Of a stretch of DNA of 64,000 nt, positions 10,077 to 18,810 are shown piece by piece. The stretch is taken from positions 64,001 through 128,000 of IMG/VR virus record IMGVR_UViG_3300013126_000010; one strand, written 5' to 3'. The DNA comes from a virus. The notes beneath the pieces were generated by a model, which was given only the letters and a program-made list of their open reading frames with translations, searched no databases and was not told where the DNA came from. Both the position numbers and the translations under genes were made by a program. Position 1 is the stretch's first letter; each line of letters starts with the position of its first letter.

Positions 10077-10361
10077 TTAAATATTATTAATTAATCCAAT
10101 GACCACTAAAGACATTATAACTGAGTATATTAGTAAGAATATACTAATATATTTCCACATACTTATAATACTATTTTTGTGGTCGATAAGATATTTGTTG
10201 ACATTAATCTGATTATTTAAGATTTGAATCTCTAATAATAATTGTTTATTCTCAAATTCAAGATCTTGTTGGGTATTATCAGATGTTTTTAGTAATGTCC
10301 AGAATTGCTTCAACTTCTTGGAAATCTTCATTGTATTGTTCCCATTGACCTTTGTGTGCAA
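10077..10361 (-). CDS. coiled-coil protein with C-terminal membrane anchor
   Basis: 94-aa ORF with hydrophobic C-terminus. Confidence 0.55.
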   Translation of the reverse strand: MHTKVNGNNTMKISKKLKQFWTLLKTSDNTQQDLEFENKQLLLEIQILNNQINVNKYLIDHKNSIISMWKYISIFLLIYSVIMSLVVIGLINNI

Positions 10362-10539
10362 TTTTTATTGCTTTATTGATAATAGCTGGTTTAATTTGTA
10401 GTTCTTCAGCCATTGCTTTTACTGTTTCTGATAATCCTTCTTTTAGATCATCGATTTCTCGCATAACTACTGAACCTTCACTGATAAGTTTTTCTAGTTT
10501 AGCTTTTTCTTCTGGACCGTAAATTCTTGATGATGACAT
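10279..10539 (-). CDS. small dsDNA-binding protein (T4 DsbA/GapR-like)
   Basis: EIDDLKEGLSETVKAMAEELQIKPAIINKAIKIAHK pattern. Confidence 0.65.
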   Translation of the reverse strand: MSSSRIYGPEEKAKLEKLISEGSVVMREIDDLKEGLSETVKAMAEELQIKPAIINKAIKIAHKGQWEQYNEDFQEVEAILDITKNI

Positions 10540-10626
10540 ATTTTCTCCTATTAAAGATATATTTACTGTTTACAAAAATGTAGTAATGTGTTATTATAGT
10601 GTTAACCTTAATAATTTACCACTACT

Positions 10627-10965
10627 ATGAAATCACTACTCTTTGTGTTGATAATTTTAGCAAGTTTTTCTGTGAATGCAAATGAAGCATATGGAACCTA
10701 TGTTGATGACCCAACGAAACCATTTGATGCTACTAATGTTAGGCATGAAACGGTTTCTATAACATGGGTTCGAGTCGCACCTTCGAATATTAATTCTGCA
10801 TGCGCAGTGGAATCAAAAAAACGTGGTTATACCCCTATTAAATATAATAAAGATGCATGTTCGTTTTGGGATGGGACAGAATGTACTATTATTACTGGAA
10901 ACAATACAACGATGCATACAACTGGGCATGAATTTCGCCATTGTTTCCAGGGTTCATGGCATTAA
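10627..10965 (+). CDS. small secreted protein with HExxH motif
   Basis: Signal peptide, GHEFRHC, four Cys. Confidence 0.65.
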   Translation: MKSLLFVLIILASFSVNANEAYGTYVDDPTKPFDATNVRHETVSITWVRVAPSNINSACAVESKKRGYTPIKYNKDACSFWDGTECTIITGNNTTMHTTGHEFRHCFQGSWH

Positions 10966-11864
10966 TCTTTGCCGTACATTGCGTAATATGGTTCTAGTAG
11001 TTTAGCCAATTCTGGTTGATATTCTATATTTTTTTCCAGATCAAACGCTAATGCGTTTAATTCCATTTCTTCTGCTCTAGTGAAATTAGATGTAGCTGGG
11101 TTAGTAACCTTTTTGATAGCTGATCCAGTGGCTGCGGTATTAGAATTAGTAGCCTGTTTGGTAGTTGAGCCTGCTCCTGTAGTATTATTTTGGGATGGTT
11201 TATTACCACCGCTTGCCATTGCACTACTGCCATTATCAGTTGATGCGTTACTTAAATATTTTTTCCCAGCAGCAACCAATGCAATTGCTGACCCACCAAT
11301 TGCGGCTGATCCTAATATAGAAGAAATCCCAGGAATTTTCTTTAATTCGGCTGCAGCAACTTCTGGATTTGCATTTTGTAATGCTTTTTGGATAGGAACT
11401 AATGCTGTTGATTTTGATACTAATTCCCCAGGAATATCAGCCAATGGTGGCGCTGATGATCCAATTGGGTTGTTTTTAGGGATATATTCTCCTTCAATGG
11501 GTTTTGGAGATATACTTGACCCAGTTTTCGGTACACCAGCTGGATTGTTATGCAATTGTTTTACCAGTGCGGTTCCTTTACTCAAATCACCAATATTATT
11601 AGCTACTGATCCAATTGAGGATTTTGGATTTGCGGTTTTTGACGCATATGCGGCATTTTTTGGTAATAATTCAATTTGCTTTGGTGATAATTGCTGTCCT
11701 ATAGAAGAAAAATAACTTTTAACATCATTGATTATTTCTTCTGCAGACTTGCCATTACGTGCCGCAGCAGTAATTGCTTTTTGCAATTGTATAGCATTAA
11801 CCTCAGTGATGTATTGTTCCGAGACAATGGTTTGATATTTTTTCATTTCTTGTATCATATTCAT
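10962..11864 (-). CDS. probable virion/internal head protein
   Basis: 300-aa low-complexity ORF in the late operon. Confidence 0.65.
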   Translation of the reverse strand: MNMIQEMKKYQTIVSEQYITEVNAIQLQKAITAAARNGKSAEEIINDVKSYFSSIGQQLSPKQIELLPKNAAYASKTANPKSSIGSVANNIGDLSKGTALVKQLHNNPAGVPKTGSSISPKPIEGEYIPKNNPIGSSAPPLADIPGELVSKSTALVPIQKALQNANPEVAAAELKKIPGISSILGSAAIGGSAIALVAAGKKYLSNASTDNGSSAMASGGNKPSQNNTTGAGSTTKQATNSNTAATGSAIKKVTNPATSNFTRAEEMELNALAFDLEKNIEYQPELAKLLEPYYAMYGKD

Positions 11865-11866
11865 AA

Positions 11867-12454
11867 TTATTCTTGCCCTATTAATTCATACTGTACCATT
11901 AAGTTATACAGATCTTCGGTATAAATTCCATCCACTTCAATGTCTGCGCCCATGTTATTTAATTCGGATTGAACTGCCGCGATATCAGCATTATATTCTT
12001 GTGAATTATACTCAGGTGACTGTTCTGGCGCATCTTGTTTATTATTAAAAAAACGGGTGATAGCTTGCATAACCTCTTCTCTATTTTCATATAATAAACT
12101 GAATAGGTCATACAATCCAGCAATAGCAGCAGTCTGTGGGATCACATATCCTATCGCAGTTAATGCATGTATAATTGCTGATTTATATTCGCCATTTTGA
12201 TAATCGGTAAATGCATCTTTTCCTAATTCTCCTGCGCGAATGAATGAAAATATCTTAGAAAAAAATTTAGCCGCGCCATCACCGATCATTGCCATCATGG
12301 GTGATGATATTTTATTTCCTATCGCAGCAGTAGCACTTCCAATTATTGCGGTGTTACCAGACGTTGATTTTACATCATCAACAGATAATTCATACAATGG
12401 AATGCCGGATTCTAACAATCTTATTGTGTCGAGTGTGTGTTTTATATGATTCAT
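11867..12454 (-). CDS. probable virion/internal head protein
   Basis: 195-aa ORF; N-terminus ends in LLE. Confidence 0.65.
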   Translation of the reverse strand: MNHIKHTLDTIRLLESGIPLYELSVDDVKSTSGNTAIIGSATAAIGNKISSPMMAMIGDGAAKFFSKIFSFIRAGELGKDAFTDYQNGEYKSAIIHALTAIGYVIPQTAAIAGLYDLFSLLYENREEVMQAITRFFNNKQDAPEQSPEYNSQEYNADIAAVQSELNNMGADIEVDGIYTEDLYNLMVQYELIGQE

Positions 12455-13182
12455 GACGGCTTATTCAAAAAACCAATAATTTCACGCTTTGTTTGCATAT
12501 CAGTAGTATTAAACATTTTTTTAGTTTCCGCGTCCAACATATCATCTACACCCATATCCATTCCACCTAATTTACCAAGTATTGATGTATTTTTATCTTT
12601 TAAAAATTGTTTCAACTTTATTTTTTTATCTTGTGGCAGTGCATTAAATGCCGCTGCTAATTTATCTGGTGTTGAGTTTAGCGACAATGCTGCTTTTTGT
12701 GTGGTAACGGCTGGAGTAATATTATTAGGTTTAGCTGCTTGTCCACTCTGCCCATTATTTGCTGGCACTGCTTGAGGTTGCATAGCAGGAGTTGTTCCTT
12801 TATTAGCTATGTCAGGTACATCATCTGCTGGTACAACGCGAGGTTGGGTGGCTGGAGTTTGTGTAGAAGGAGCAGTTGCAGGAGTAGCTGCTTTTGCACT
12901 TTGTCCTTTATTTTGAGTAGGAGCAGGCGATGTTGTTTTATTAGGAGCAGATGAAGTTTTTCCATGTGCTGCTTGCGCTTTTGACATAAGCTGTTTAAAT
13001 CTAGCTATTTTTTGTGGAGTAGCAGTAAAAATAGGATGACCAGTTTGAACTGATGGTGATCCTGATGCAACAGGAGCTGCGGCAGATTTGTTGATTTCAT
13101 CCTGTGATGGTATATAATCTCCATGATCATCTTCAAATAATCCAAAAGATTCCAATAACTGTTGAGCAATGCCTTTTTTCAT
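12451..13182 (-). CDS. Ala/Pro/Thr-rich probable virion protein
   Basis: 243-aa ORF with RBS. Confidence 0.65.
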   Translation of the reverse strand: MKKGIAQQLLESFGLFEDDHGDYIPSQDEINKSAAAPVASGSPSVQTGHPIFTATPQKIARFKQLMSKAQAAHGKTSSAPNKTTSPAPTQNKGQSAKAATPATAPSTQTPATQPRVVPADDVPDIANKGTTPAMQPQAVPANNGQSGQAAKPNNITPAVTTQKAALSLNSTPDKLAAAFNALPQDKKIKLKQFLKDKNTSILGKLGGMDMGVDDMLDAETKKMFNTTDMQTKREIIGFLNKPS

Positions 13183-13200
13183 GATATATCCTATTTAATT

Positions 13201-13283
13201 TGTGCTACATTTTATATAATGAGGGTAGCGGGTCATTATATCGGCTGTAGCTACCGTGCGCCCTAACGTAACAGTCCCAGGCT
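13201..13283 (-). ncRNA. candidate structured intergenic RNA (hairpin plus pseudoknot)
   Basis: 9-bp stem AUAUAAUGA/UCAUUAUAU with loop CCCGCUACCC complementary to upstream GGUAGC; GC-rich island. Confidence 0.5.
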
Positions 13284-13755
13284 AAATGTGTTCAGGTGGT
13301 GGTAATTGTTCTTGTTCACCTACAATAGCATCATATTGATCCATTGTTAAAGTTTCACCATCTTTGCTGAATTCTATTAATTTTTCTGCAACATTATGAA
13401 GATCCATATCTGTTTGTGCATCTTCTTTTGCGTATTCTAATAATCTGATTAATAACGGAACATCCATTGATACAATATCAACTGGATTAGATTCATCTTT
13501 CAAAAAGTGTTTTGCACCATGTCTAGAAGTTCGTCTTACACTTTTTTTCAAACCATGGGTACGTTTTAAATCTCTGGATAATGAAGAACTACGACCAGTA
13601 TGATGAAAACCAATTTTTTCATTCATCGAGTTTTCTTCCAAAATGATTGACATATATTTTGACAATTCATTGGAAGTTGATTCTGATAATATTTCAGTAG
13701 ATTTAATCTCTGAATCTAAATTATCAATCACTGACAATAATTTCTTCATTTCCAT
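13282..13755 (-). CDS. probable virion/internal head protein
   Basis: 157-aa ORF. Confidence 0.65.
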   Translation of the reverse strand: MEMKKLLSVIDNLDSEIKSTEILSESTSNELSKYMSIILEENSMNEKIGFHHTGRSSSLSRDLKRTHGLKKSVRRTSRHGAKHFLKDESNPVDIVSMDVPLLIRLLEYAKEDAQTDMDLHNVAEKLIEFSKDGETLTMDQYDAIVGEQEQLPPPEHI

Positions 13756-13758
13756 TAT

Positions 13759-14619
13759 TTATCCTTTTTTAGCTTGCTGTTTCCACATTGCGGAAGCGGC
13801 GATAGCAGTTGGATTTGATGCTCCAGATTTTTTAGCAGCTTTTTCTACCTTTGAAAATCCTTTTCCTTTCTTACCGATGTCTTCACCAGCTTTTGCTTTT
13901 TTCACCACAGTTGATTTTTCTTTTTTTGTCATTCCTGCACTTGGTTTCGCTTTTTCAGCCAAAGATTCAGTTGCACGTTTTAATGGACCTAATCCCATTG
14001 TCTCAAAACCACCTGCACGAGCTTTTTCCATTTTTGCATCATGAATTAATGCTTTCCATTTATCTCTTACAGATTTTGGGTCGCCTTTTATATCTTTGAA
14101 TCCACTATTTGGTTCACCGATAATCATCATGAATGACCCTAAATTCAATAACTCTAATTTACCAAATTTTGGATGGTGGACATCAACATACTTGGTACCA
14201 AGATATGGACCTTCATCTAATCGTGTATCACATGATTCATTACATTGTGAGCAGTCTTCGGTGCATGCATTTTTTACTTCTTTTTTAACAGCTTTCTTTT
14301 TAGCATGTTTTAAATTAGCTTTAGCTTCCATTAGTTTTTGTTGATATTTTGTTTGCAAATGTTCTGCATAAATATCAGCATTATCTAAATGATCACCAAA
14401 TTCTGATTTTTTGATATCAAATTCCATAAAATGATATACACTTGCAATATAATCAGCTGCTTTAGTAATTTTTGCTTGAACCCATGCTGGTAATTCTTGA
14501 CCATCATGAATCATTTTTATTAATTTTAAACTATACTTGCCGGTTTTATATAAATCAGCACGTGCCATAGGTGCATCATCACTAAAATCTTCCATAGGTT
14601 GGTTATTATCTAAATTCAT
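13759..14619 (-). CDS. Lys/Ala-rich probable virion protein
   Basis: 286-aa ORF; ATAAATA at 14637-14643 upstream. Confidence 0.7.
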   Translation of the reverse strand: MNLDNNQPMEDFSDDAPMARADLYKTGKYSLKLIKMIHDGQELPAWVQAKITKAADYIASVYHFMEFDIKKSEFGDHLDNADIYAEHLQTKYQQKLMEAKANLKHAKKKAVKKEVKNACTEDCSQCNESCDTRLDEGPYLGTKYVDVHHPKFGKLELLNLGSFMMIIGEPNSGFKDIKGDPKSVRDKWKALIHDAKMEKARAGGFETMGLGPLKRATESLAEKAKPSAGMTKKEKSTVVKKAKAGEDIGKKGKGFSKVEKAAKKSGASNPTAIAASAMWKQQAKKG

Positions 14620-14644
14620 TATTATCTCCGTTTTATTATTTATG

Positions 14645-14989
14645 CTAAAAGCCCAAAGATTTTTTTATGCGCTGCGACAATGATGGTTGCGCAATAACTT
14701 TCACTGGTTTTAATAGTGCTTGTTTTTTTACTATCTTTTGTGAACGATCAATACCTTTTTCACGTTTATCTCTTTTTGCAAAATCAGCATCACCTTGAGA
14801 TTCATCACCTTCATTGTCAAAATCGCCATTCCATGTATTATGAATTTTTCTATTACCTTCATCATCATGTTCTTTAGCATCTTTAGCTGCTTTTGATCTA
14901 TATCTTACATGGGTATTATTACTTAATTCGGTTAACCCATCTTTATCCATCCATTCATGTAATAATTGTGTTAAATGTTTTTTGCTCAT
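14645..14989 (-). CDS. hypothetical late protein
   Basis: 114-aa ORF. Confidence 0.65.
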   Translation of the reverse strand: MSKKHLTQLLHEWMDKDGLTELSNNTHVRYRSKAAKDAKEHDDEGNRKIHNTWNGDFDNEGDESQGDADFAKRDKREKGIDRSQKIVKKQALLKPVKVIAQPSLSQRIKKSLGF

Positions 14990-14990
14990 A

Positions 14991-15236
14991 TTATGCTCTC
15001 TTAACTACTGATCCAAATAGATTATTTGAATCTAATCCATTATCCGTTGGTTTTTGTTTTTTTGGTTTAGGCTGTGCCGGTGATTTGGTACCAGACCCAG
15101 TTGCAATTGAACCGGTGTATGATTTGTTACCACGAGCAGATCCAGGAGATATATGTGGATTTGGACTAACCGCTATACTGCCTGCACTAGTAGAACCAAC
15201 TGTCGCTGTCTCTGAAATTATTTCCCATGTTTTCAT
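14991..15236 (-). CDS. small probable internal head protein
   Basis: N-terminus MKTWEIISE resembles the T4 capsid-targeting sequence. Confidence 0.65.
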   Translation of the reverse strand: MKTWEIISETATVGSTSAGSIAVSPNPHISPGSARGNKSYTGSIATGSGTKSPAQPKPKKQKPTDNGLDSNNLFGSVVKRA

Positions 15237-15240
15237 TATA

Positions 15241-15807
15241 TTACCACTCTATTGGATTTAAAAAACCTAGTAAATGAAGACCGGATGACTTGGTAAAATC
15301 AAAACTTCGTATTTTTCTATATATACCATCACCATTGCGATCTGCTTCTGCTGATATAGCTTTACCAGGAGAAGTATTTGCTTCTAATGTCGCCATTGAT
15401 TTACCATCACATGCGACGACAATTCCAGCATGACCGTTAGATGTTGACCCTTTTTGCATAAAAAATATAGATCCTGGAATTGGATCTTTTGTAATTAATC
15501 CTTTACATGCATTATAACTGGTCATTACACTTGGGTTTAGTTTTTTACCAAAATTAGATAATACTTCAGATGGTGCATTTAAATTAGAATATGCCAATCT
15601 CCAAATAGTCTCGGAAAATGCCATACAATATGGCCATCCTGGTTGCCATCCTGATTTTTTCATTTCAGCTTCCAATAATGCACTTTCTTCTTTTCCACTA
15701 TTTGGGTCCAGTATTGACCTCCATGCAGCATTGTCTTTTATTTCAAATAAATTGACAAAATGTGAACCAACTTTAATTATTTCATTCCCTATTTCTTGTT
15801 TATTCAT
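15241..15807 (-). CDS. CHAP-domain peptidoglycan hydrolase
   Basis: PYCMAF (Cys), PGSIFF, NGHAGIV (His), TLEANT. Confidence 0.8.
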   Translation of the reverse strand: MNKQEIGNEIIKVGSHFVNLFEIKDNAAWRSILDPNSGKEESALLEAEMKKSGWQPGWPYCMAFSETIWRLAYSNLNAPSEVLSNFGKKLNPSVMTSYNACKGLITKDPIPGSIFFMQKGSTSNGHAGIVVACDGKSMATLEANTSPGKAISAEADRNGDGIYRKIRSFDFTKSSGLHLLGFLNPIEW

Positions 15808-16358
15808 TATTTTCTACCTCTGAATCCAGTAGGAAATCTAGAAGTATCTAATGGAAACCAAGTATCAAACCATTCTTTTGTACCGGGTTTGATGTTATTC
15901 TCTTTCACATACTCAGCATTGGCAGCAGCTTTATTATTTATATGTTCCAATGTTACCGGAGTAAATGTATTAGAACCATTACCAATACCTGCTAGTTTGG
16001 CTATGTGATTAATTTCTTCTGAAACAGAATCAGTAAGTGGGCTAGATGGGGAATCCGGTGAATTATCTTTTTCCAATTTGTCGGATTCTTGTTGATATAG
16101 TTGGTTACATATATCACTTAAATCTTCTGGAGACAATTTTTCTGGCAGTTGGTCAAGATCGTATACATCTTTGTATACATCATAGGCACGTTTAACTACT
16201 GGTACTAATAATGCCTTATTAATAGGCAAATTGTACTTGTGATGGTTTTCTATTTTTTGAACTATCGGATAGAAAACTTCTTTATAGAATGTTGTATCAT
16301 TATTGATAAACTGTAGCAAGTCATCAACAATATCAAAATCAATGTCATTTTTATGCAT
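15807..16358 (-). CDS. hypothetical late protein
   Basis: 183-aa ORF, first gene of the late operon. Confidence 0.75.
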   Translation of the reverse strand: MHKNDIDFDIVDDLLQFINNDTTFYKEVFYPIVQKIENHHKYNLPINKALLVPVVKRAYDVYKDVYDLDQLPEKLSPEDLSDICNQLYQQESDKLEKDNSPDSPSSPLTDSVSEEINHIAKLAGIGNGSNTFTPVTLEHINNKAAANAEYVKENNIKPGTKEWFDTWFPLDTSRFPTGFRGRK

Positions 16359-16362
16359 AAAA

Positions 16363-16397
16363 AATCCTCATATTATATTTATCATAATATGAGGATT
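16363..16397 (-). promoter_or_regulatory. late promoter (ATAAATA) in the loop of an RBS-sequestering hairpin
   Basis: AATCCTCATATTAT-GATAAAT-ATAATATGAGGATT, 14-bp perfect stem containing GAGGA. Confidence 0.75.
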
Positions 16398-16433
16398 GTA
16401 GTTATATACTCAATACTTAGTATTTCATGAGTA

Positions 16434-18731
16434 TCATTTTGATAAGTCTTCTTTGGTAGTGTCTGAATCTACCGTTGTCACTGCACGTTGTTGTTTAGCT
16501 TTGGCATCCAATATTAACCCATCATTACCGACTTTAATAGTCAATGTCCCACCATTTTTTAAATTACCAAATAATAGTAGTTTTGCTAATGGGCGTTTGA
16601 TATGTTTATCGATGATTCTGTTTAATGGTCTAGCACCCATTTTTGGATCAAACCCATTTTCTACCAACCAATCAATTGCATCATCACTGATTTTGAATTT
16701 AACTGATTTTGCTGTTAGTTGTGTTTTAACATCGACCAAGAATTTACCAACAACTTTGATCATTGTTTCTTTGGACAATTTATTAAAGGTGATAATACCA
16801 TCCAATCTGTTTCTGAACTCAGGTGATAGGAACTTATTGATTTCCTTGTTGTCTAATGTTTTTTCAAGAGAACCAAATCCTATGCTATTGCGTTCAGAGT
16901 CAGCTGCACCAGCATTGGTAGTCATAATAATTACCGAATTTCGGCAATCAGCAACTTTGCCATTTGAACCAGTAATAGTACCGTAATCCAGCATCTGCAG
17001 GCAAATTTGCATAACATCAGGGTGTGCTTTTTCAATTTCGTCTAATAATAGTACACAATTGGGGTTTTCTTGTACACTAGTGATTAGTTGACCAGCATTA
17101 TCATCGAAACCAACATATCCTGGTGGGCTACCAATCAACTTTGCAACAGAATGTTTCTCTTGATATTCACTCATATCAAATCGAATAAGTTTAACTCCCA
17201 GCAGTGTTGCTAATTGTTTTGATAATTCCGTTTTACCACACCCGGTTGGACCAATAAACACAAATGAACCAATGGGTTTTGATTCATCTTTTAGACCTGC
17301 TCTACTAACCATAATCTTATCAGCAACTTCAGTAATTGCTTCATCTTGACCATATATGGTTGATCTAAGATTACTTTCCAAGTTTTCCATTACGGTACTT
17401 TCCTGTTCAGCAATTTGATCTACTGGCATATTGATCATTTTTGCCAATTCAAATTGTACGGAATGTTCATTTACGATTTTTTTACTGTCAACCATAAGGT
17501 TAAATCGTGAACATGCACAATCAATCAAGTCAATGGCTTTATCTGGTAGTTTTTTATCAGTCTGATATTTTACCGACAGTTGTACTGCTGCTTTGATAGC
17601 TTCATCACGGATTTTTACTTTATGATGTTGTTCATAATATTTTTTCAATCCCTTTAAAATATCAATTGAGTCAGAAATTGATGGTTCGTCAACAGTAATA
17701 CGTTGAAAACGGCGCATTAATGCCCGATCTTTTTCGAAATGTTTTCGATATTCTTCCCAGGTGGTTGATGCAACAACTTTTACATTCCCCCTGCTTAATG
17801 CAGGTTTCATCATGTTTGCTAAATCATTTGCACTATTATTACCTGAACCTGCCCCATTCATCATATGTGCTTCATCGATAAACATGATAGCTTTTGGTTT
17901 ATTTGATAATGCTTTTAATACCAGTTTGAACCGTTCTTCGAAGTCACCACGATATTTGCTACCTGCAAGCATTGCTGTGATATCTAAACTATAAACAACA
18001 TAGTCTTTTAAAAATTCTGGTACATCACCGTTGACGATCTTAAATGCAAGACCTTCGATAACTGCAGTTTTGCCTACACCCGGTGCACCAACTAAAATGG
18101 CATTAGATTTAGACCGTCTGCCCAAAGTTAGTGCCAGTTGTTCCAATTCATCTGATCGACCAATTACTGGATCAATCTTGCCAGTTTTTACCTCATCATT
18201 CAGGTTTACAGTGAATGCTTTCAATGCACGGGATGCTTGCGAATCTCTTGATTTACCAGATGAGCTGTTATCAGCTGTATCTGATTCATCATCATCTGCA
18301 GTAGATGCTGATGTATAATCGATAAATTTATCTTTATCAACACCGGCTTTTTGGATGAAATACAATGCATGTGAATGTTTTTCACTAAAAATGGCAATGA
18401 ATGCATCACGCACCTCAATCAATTGTCTACCATTAAACAAAACTTGAGTGAATGCTCGATTTAATACTCGTTCAATTGCTTGGGTTTTTTTGGGCTTCAC
18501 TACACTGCTATTGGTTTTGATATCATTCATTGCTGTATTAATATGTGTTTCCACGTCATTTTGCAATGATTTGACATTGGTTCCGAAACCTTTTAGTTGT
18601 TCAGCCAATTCGTCATGTTGCAGCATTATGAATAACAAATGCTCAACCGTTAGATATTCATGTTTTAGTTGGATTGCAAGATTGATCGAATCTTCAAAAA
18701 TTGATTGAAGACTTTTACTAGGTTCTACCAT
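16434..18731 (-). CDS. clpA: ATP-dependent Clp protease ATPase subunit ClpA
   Basis: Clp N domain (HEYLTVEHLL), two AAA+ modules GAPGVGKT and GPTGCGKT, LIRFDMSEYQEKHSVAKLIGSPPGYVG; no ClpB middle domain. Confidence 0.95.
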   Translation of the reverse strand: MVEPSKSLQSIFEDSINLAIQLKHEYLTVEHLLFIMLQHDELAEQLKGFGTNVKSLQNDVETHINTAMNDIKTNSSVVKPKKTQAIERVLNRAFTQVLFNGRQLIEVRDAFIAIFSEKHSHALYFIQKAGVDKDKFIDYTSASTADDDESDTADNSSSGKSRDSQASRALKAFTVNLNDEVKTGKIDPVIGRSDELEQLALTLGRRSKSNAILVGAPGVGKTAVIEGLAFKIVNGDVPEFLKDYVVYSLDITAMLAGSKYRGDFEERFKLVLKALSNKPKAIMFIDEAHMMNGAGSGNNSANDLANMMKPALSRGNVKVVASTTWEEYRKHFEKDRALMRRFQRITVDEPSISDSIDILKGLKKYYEQHHKVKIRDEAIKAAVQLSVKYQTDKKLPDKAIDLIDCACSRFNLMVDSKKIVNEHSVQFELAKMINMPVDQIAEQESTVMENLESNLRSTIYGQDEAITEVADKIMVSRAGLKDESKPIGSFVFIGPTGCGKTELSKQLATLLGVKLIRFDMSEYQEKHSVAKLIGSPPGYVGFDDNAGQLITSVQENPNCVLLLDEIEKAHPDVMQICLQMLDYGTITGSNGKVADCRNSVIIMTTNAGAADSERNSIGFGSLEKTLDNKEINKFLSPEFRNRLDGIITFNKLSKETMIKVVGKFLVDVKTQLTAKSVKFKISDDAIDWLVENGFDPKMGARPLNRIIDKHIKRPLAKLLLFGNLKNGGTLTIKVGNDGLILDAKAKQQRAVTTVDSDTTKEDLSK

Positions 18732-18786
18732 TTTGTTACCTCGTTGTTGATAATAATCTTATTGTAGCACACTATGATGATAATGT

Positions 18787-18810
18787 AAAGGGGCATTTTG
18801 CCCCTTTTTT
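18787..18810. terminator. intrinsic terminator-like hairpin
   Basis: aaaggggc-atttt-gcccctttttt. Confidence 0.7.

Noticed and set aside
11080-11715. Long plus-strand ORFs (also 16453-16986, 28055-28600, 33757-34368, 41694-42041, 8801-9172)
   Set aside because: Antisense shadows of well-supported minus-strand genes, caused by codon bias or low-complexity repeats
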